A DNA stretch of 64,000 bases from the NCBI GenBank assembly GCA_965208125.1, contig OZ242320.1:3520001-3584000 (forward strand), given 5' to 3'. Under the pieces are notes generated by a model that saw only the letters and a program-made list of their open reading frames with translations, was not told the DNA's origin and did no database searches. Below are positions 60,180-64,000 of the stretch, piece after piece. The stretch's first letter is position 1. Each line of letters starts with the position of its first letter. The translations under genes and the position numbers were made by a program. The stretch comes from Candidatus Latescibacterota bacterium (GTDB taxonomy: Bacteria > Latescibacterota > UBA2968).

Positions 60180-60247
60180 GGAACGGTGTATAACTGCGTA
60201 GCAGTTCATTAAAAATTAAATGTAGGGGCGGTGCCTTGTGCCCGCCC
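60180..60247 (+). repeat. Composite intergenic repeat with GTAG REP-like hairpin (copy 2)
   Basis: GGAACGGTGTATAACTGCGTAGCAGTTCA...GTAGGGGCGGTGCCTTGTGCCCGCCC. Confidence 0.65.
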
Positions 60248-60267
60248 GCCGTTGTGCAAAGGTGCAG

Positions 60268-61920
60268 ATGAATAGAAATAAATACATAAAAGTATGGCGA
60301 TACTTTCTGCTTGCGATTTGGATGGTTTGTGTCGTGTCCAGCGCGGGGGGAGAGGTGCGTGCGATTGTGAAGCGCGTGCAGGTTGAAGGTACGCGGTTTG
60401 TAAGTGCGCGTGATGTGCGAGGGTGGCTGGTTACGCGGGCGGGTGTTGCGGTAGATTCGGCGTTGTTGCGAAAGGATGTTCAGCGCATTTTGAAGGGGTA
60501 TCAGGCGCGTGGATTCTGGCAGGTGGCGGTGGCTTTTTCTATGCGTGAGAGCGACGCGGCAGTGGCGTTTGAGATTGTCGAAGGGGTGCGAACGCGGGTC
60601 GTGTCTGTGGAGGTGCGTGGTGATTTGATCTTTGATTCATCGGAGGCCTTTGGTCTTGCGCAGGGTATGGTGTTGCTGGAAAGTGATTTGAACCAGCGGT
60701 TGGATCATTTGTTGCGTTTTTATGAAAATCGGGGCTATCCGTTTTGCGCGTTGCGTCCAGATGTGCGATTTGACGGTGATAGCGCACGCGTGCAGGTGGT
60801 GGTGTCGCCCGGTCCTCTGGTGCATGTCGATGCGGTGCGTTTTGAGGGCAATGAAACGACGCGGGAAGATGTTTTGTTGCGGCATATTTCGTTTGTTGCG
60901 GGCGAGGTCTATGATCAGCGTCGCGTGAATGCTTTTGTGCGGCAATTGCAAAATTTGCCGTTTATTGACCGGGTTTATACGCCTGAACTCGTATCTACCG
61001 GTGATGAGATGGCTCTTGTGATCGATTTGGAGGAGTCGCGTCACACGCGCGTTGAAGGGGTGCTCGGTGTGGGGTCTGGACGGGGTTTGACCGGGGAGGT
61101 CGCGCTCGATGTTCTGAATTTTTCTGGTGGAGGACGAGAGGGGTACGCGCTGTGGTCGCGGCAGGGGGTGGGTTTGTCGAATTTGCGCGTTTCGTATCGC
61201 GAACCCTATATTTTAAATAGTCCGCTTTCTGGTTGGGGTGCGGTGGAGATGGTTGCGCGCACAGGGTATGTGACGCATAAGTTTGGGGGGGGCGCAGATG
61301 TTGCTGTGGGTGAGGGTGCACGGTTTTTTGGCGGTGTTGCACACAGGCGCGTTTTGCCCGATTCCGCAGGGTTGGGATTCTTCGAGGCTGAGAGGATGTG
61401 GTCTCTCGAGTCGGGTGTTCGGTTTGATCGGCGAAGGCAGGCCCTGGGCGGTTGGAAAGCGGAGGTCAGGGGAGAGGTTGGCGAGGTTTCTGATGGGATC
61501 AGGCGCGTGCAGTGGGGGGTTGATGGTCAGGTGTTTTTGCCCGTGGGCAGGCAGTCTGTTGTTGTGGGACGGGCGCGCGCTTTTTGGGTGGGACAAGAGG
61601 GGGATGTGCCGCAGTCTGCTGGCATCTGGCTGGGGGGTGCACAATCGCTGCGGGGCTATCGGGAAGAGATGTTTTGGGGAACGAATGCGGGGTGGGTTAA
61701 TGTGGAATGGCGGTGGTTGTTGGGGCCGAAAGCGCGACTTTTTGCTTTTGTCGATGCGGGAAGGATTGCGGGAGCAGGGTCGCGTTCATGGCCCGTGTCC
61801 TATGGCGTGGGGCTTTTGGCAAATGGACGGATGGGCGCAGTTGGGATAGATTATGGTTTGCCACGGGGCGAGAGTCTGGGGCAAGGTATGGTACATGTGC
61901 GGATGGTCAGTGCGTTTTAG
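60268..61920 (+). CDS. BamA/TamA (Omp85) family protein with POTRA domains
   Basis: POTRA motifs (YQARGF, YENRGYPF, FEGNETTRE); LGGAQSLRGYREE; C-terminal Phe. Confidence 0.85.
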   Translation: MNRNKYIKVWRYFLLAIWMVCVVSSAGGEVRAIVKRVQVEGTRFVSARDVRGWLVTRAGVAVDSALLRKDVQRILKGYQARGFWQVAVAFSMRESDAAVAFEIVEGVRTRVVSVEVRGDLIFDSSEAFGLAQGMVLLESDLNQRLDHLLRFYENRGYPFCALRPDVRFDGDSARVQVVVSPGPLVHVDAVRFEGNETTREDVLLRHISFVAGEVYDQRRVNAFVRQLQNLPFIDRVYTPELVSTGDEMALVIDLEESRHTRVEGVLGVGSGRGLTGEVALDVLNFSGGGREGYALWSRQGVGLSNLRVSYREPYILNSPLSGWGAVEMVARTGYVTHKFGGGADVAVGEGARFFGGVAHRRVLPDSAGLGFFEAERMWSLESGVRFDRRRQALGGWKAEVRGEVGEVSDGIRRVQWGVDGQVFLPVGRQSVVVGRARAFWVGQEGDVPQSAGIWLGGAQSLRGYREEMFWGTNAGWVNVEWRWLLGPKARLFAFVDAGRIAGAGSRSWPVSYGVGLLANGRMGAVGIDYGLPRGESLGQGMVHVRMVSAF

Positions 61921-61996
61921 TTTGTGTGACGCCTGCATGCGGAGTATATTTTGAGGCGCACGAAATTCGTATGCAATTATTCACGAGGAGAGTTTT

Positions 61997-63919
61997 ATGT
62001 TGAATAGGATTCGCATTATCATGCTGGTAATGCTTGCCGCGGGTCTCATGTGGAACTGTGGCGGTGAGCGCGGGTTGGAGCCTTCCGGGGTAGATGAGCA
62101 GATTGGACGTCCGCTGAGTAAAATGGCTGTAGCGGATGGGGGTATGTCTCAGGCGATTGTGGTGGCGACGGTGTCGCAAGATGACGCGCCTGTGGCAGGT
62201 GTGATGGTCGAGTTTGCGCGTTCTATTGCCGGGCAGGCACCCGATTATCAGTGGTCGGGTATGACCGATGATATGGGGCGCGTCACGGTGGAGATATCAG
62301 GTCAGGCGAGTGGATATTATCAGGCGCAGGCGTCTCAGGATGGCTCTGTGACGGGGCGCTGGTCGAGTATCCCGATTAACGGGGGCTATACGTCAACAGT
62401 TGCGTTGCCCATTGGTGGACAGGCGCAGGTGACGGGTACGTCTCGACTCATATCAGTTGGCCTTGTTGTGTCTCAAACGGGTCGGCTATCCGTGACTGGA
62501 CAGGGGTTTATCAATGGCTTTGAAATGGCTCTTGAAGAAGTGAATTCACAACTGAGTGATGCGACTTTGAGGTTTATTGTCGAGGATGATCGGAGCACTA
62601 TAGAAGGCGCGATTGCGGCGTATAATAAACTTATTCATAGAGACGGCGTGCCAGCCATTCTCGGTGTTTATACTTCTACTATAGTGCGCGCGGTATTTCC
62701 CATTGCGCAGGAAAATGAGGTTGTGGCGATCAGTCCTACTTCGGCCGCACGCGGCCTTAGCGCGATTGGCGATTTTGTCTTTCGCGTCGCCCTTACCGTT
62801 GATGCGCTGATCCCGGGGAGTGTAAAACTGACGCGGGAAAAACTGGGCTATGAGCGTGTGGCCACAATGTATCAAAGCATGGATGTTTTTTCGCAGAGTA
62901 GCGATGAGGTATTAAAGCAGGCCTTCAGTGAGAATGGCGTCGAGGTTCTGGGTACTGAGACTTTTGAAACCGGCGCTATGGATCTTTCCGAGCAATTTTC
63001 CCGGATTGTGGCGTTGAATCCAGATGCGATTTTTGTTTCGGCTTTGGCAACAGAGCGGGCACAGGCTCTGATTGATGGAGGACAACACGGCATTCCTATT
63101 CTGATTCCCCTGCTCACTATGGATGAGGTAGAACGCGCTGGAGAGGCAGCCGAAGGGGCAATTAGTTTTACGTCGTGGAGCAGTGCGGGTGATGTGCCGG
63201 CCAGTCGCGCCTTTGTTGAGAATTATATGGCGAAATACGGTGCCGAGCCGAGCCGATTCGCCGCCGCGTCCTACGCGACGGTTCATATTTTGGCAAAAGC
63301 GATTGCAGATGCCCAGTCCTCCGATTCGCGCGCAATTCGGGACGCATTGGCTCAGATCGAGAATTTGGATACGATTTTGGGTGCGTTTTCATTTGACGCC
63401 AATGGAGATGCGGTTTACGATCCGGCTGTTCTGATCGTCAAGGATGGAAAATTTGAGGTGTTTGATACAAAAACTGCCTTGGCGACAATCGGCGAGACGA
63501 ACGAAAGCGGTGTGGCCGGAAAAGCGGTTTTCACACAAATCGGCGATAATATCAAGCTCGTCATCTCGCTCTCTAATGCGTCCGCAGGTGAACACGCTGT
63601 CCATATCCACACAACTGGCGATTGCAGTGCGCCAGACGGGACATCGGCTGGTGGGCATTGGAATCCCACTGGCGTTGCACACGGAAAATGGGGAGAAGGT
63701 GAATTTCACCTCGGCGATATTGGCAATATGACCGTCGATGATCAAGGCATGGGGAAAATTGAATTGACGACAAATCTTTGGGAGATGAACACTGGCTCAG
63801 CCAAAGATATTGTTGGAAAAGCGATCATCGTCCATGCGGGTGCTGATGATTTTGTCTCACAACCTTCAGGCAATGCTGGTGCACGCATCGGTTGCGGTGT
63901 GATTGAGTTAGGACAGTAA
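61997..63919 (+). CDS. Lipoprotein: small beta domain + LivJ-type ABC substrate-binding domain + Cu/Zn superoxide dismutase
   Basis: Lipobox-like MWNC; SBP motifs (EDDRS, GDFVFRV, LGAFSFDANGD); SodC motifs HAVHIH, SAGGHWNP, HLGDIGN, IVHAGADD, GNAGARIGCG. Confidence 0.85.
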   Translation: MLNRIRIIMLVMLAAGLMWNCGGERGLEPSGVDEQIGRPLSKMAVADGGMSQAIVVATVSQDDAPVAGVMVEFARSIAGQAPDYQWSGMTDDMGRVTVEISGQASGYYQAQASQDGSVTGRWSSIPINGGYTSTVALPIGGQAQVTGTSRLISVGLVVSQTGRLSVTGQGFINGFEMALEEVNSQLSDATLRFIVEDDRSTIEGAIAAYNKLIHRDGVPAILGVYTSTIVRAVFPIAQENEVVAISPTSAARGLSAIGDFVFRVALTVDALIPGSVKLTREKLGYERVATMYQSMDVFSQSSDEVLKQAFSENGVEVLGTETFETGAMDLSEQFSRIVALNPDAIFVSALATERAQALIDGGQHGIPILIPLLTMDEVERAGEAAEGAISFTSWSSAGDVPASRAFVENYMAKYGAEPSRFAAASYATVHILAKAIADAQSSDSRAIRDALAQIENLDTILGAFSFDANGDAVYDPAVLIVKDGKFEVFDTKTALATIGETNESGVAGKAVFTQIGDNIKLVISLSNASAGEHAVHIHTTGDCSAPDGTSAGGHWNPTGVAHGKWGEGEFHLGDIGNMTVDDQGMGKIELTTNLWEMNTGSAKDIVGKAIIVHAGADDFVSQPSGNAGARIGCGVIELGQ

Positions 63920-63942
63920 TAGGAGACAGGCTGTAGAGTCTG

Positions 63943-64000
63943 TTACACGCTCACCACCACAGCCCGGATACCCGCGGCGAGTACTATTACTGTCACGCGG
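63943..64000 (-). CDS. 3' end of a probable membrane protein (partial)
   Basis: Minus-strand frame ...RVTVIVLAAGIRAVVVSV* entering from the window edge. Confidence 0.35.
   Translation of the reverse strand, partial: RVTVIVLAAGIRAVVVSV

Overview
Bacterial chromosomal window of roughly 50-55% GC (estimated by eye). Gene content suggests an FCB-related lineage such as Latescibacterota or Gemmatimonadota; this is inference only. Most of it is housekeeping or metabolic DNA: partial mfd, tRNA-Asp, tRNA-Lys, ilvC, ahcY-metF, xth, tldD/pmbA, rsmB, sat, moaC/moeA, rne/rng, rplU-rpmA, mdh, dapL, two sulfatases and outer-membrane genes. The main accessory region is a ~17.7-kb defence locus (~34770-52445). 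It is a type I R-M system (hsdM, hsdS, hsdR) whose gaps hold a 1280-aa Cap4/PD-(D/E)xK-like nuclease-STAND ATPase, three divergent Schlafen/AlbA_2-HATPase_c_4-wHTH genes, and four toxin-less antitoxin pieces (DUF433, a Phd-like tail, a DarG C-terminus, and a BrnA N-terminus fused to HsdR). Each Schlafen gene has its own helically phased DNA repeats (11-12 bp or 21 bp period) at its 3' end. In two cases these flank a shared 25-bp IHF-like pseudo-palindrome. The locus is bracketed by related CAGCCCG hairpins and shows a 31-bp duplication of the hsdR 3' end and a duplicated promoter. Other notable items are an XRE plus degenerate nucleotide-cyclase regulator heading ahcY-metF, a lipoprotein fusing a LivJ-type binding protein to an intact Cu/Zn SOD, a plant-type KARI, and an internally duplicated CPBP protease. 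All family assignments come from motif recognition by eye, not database searches.
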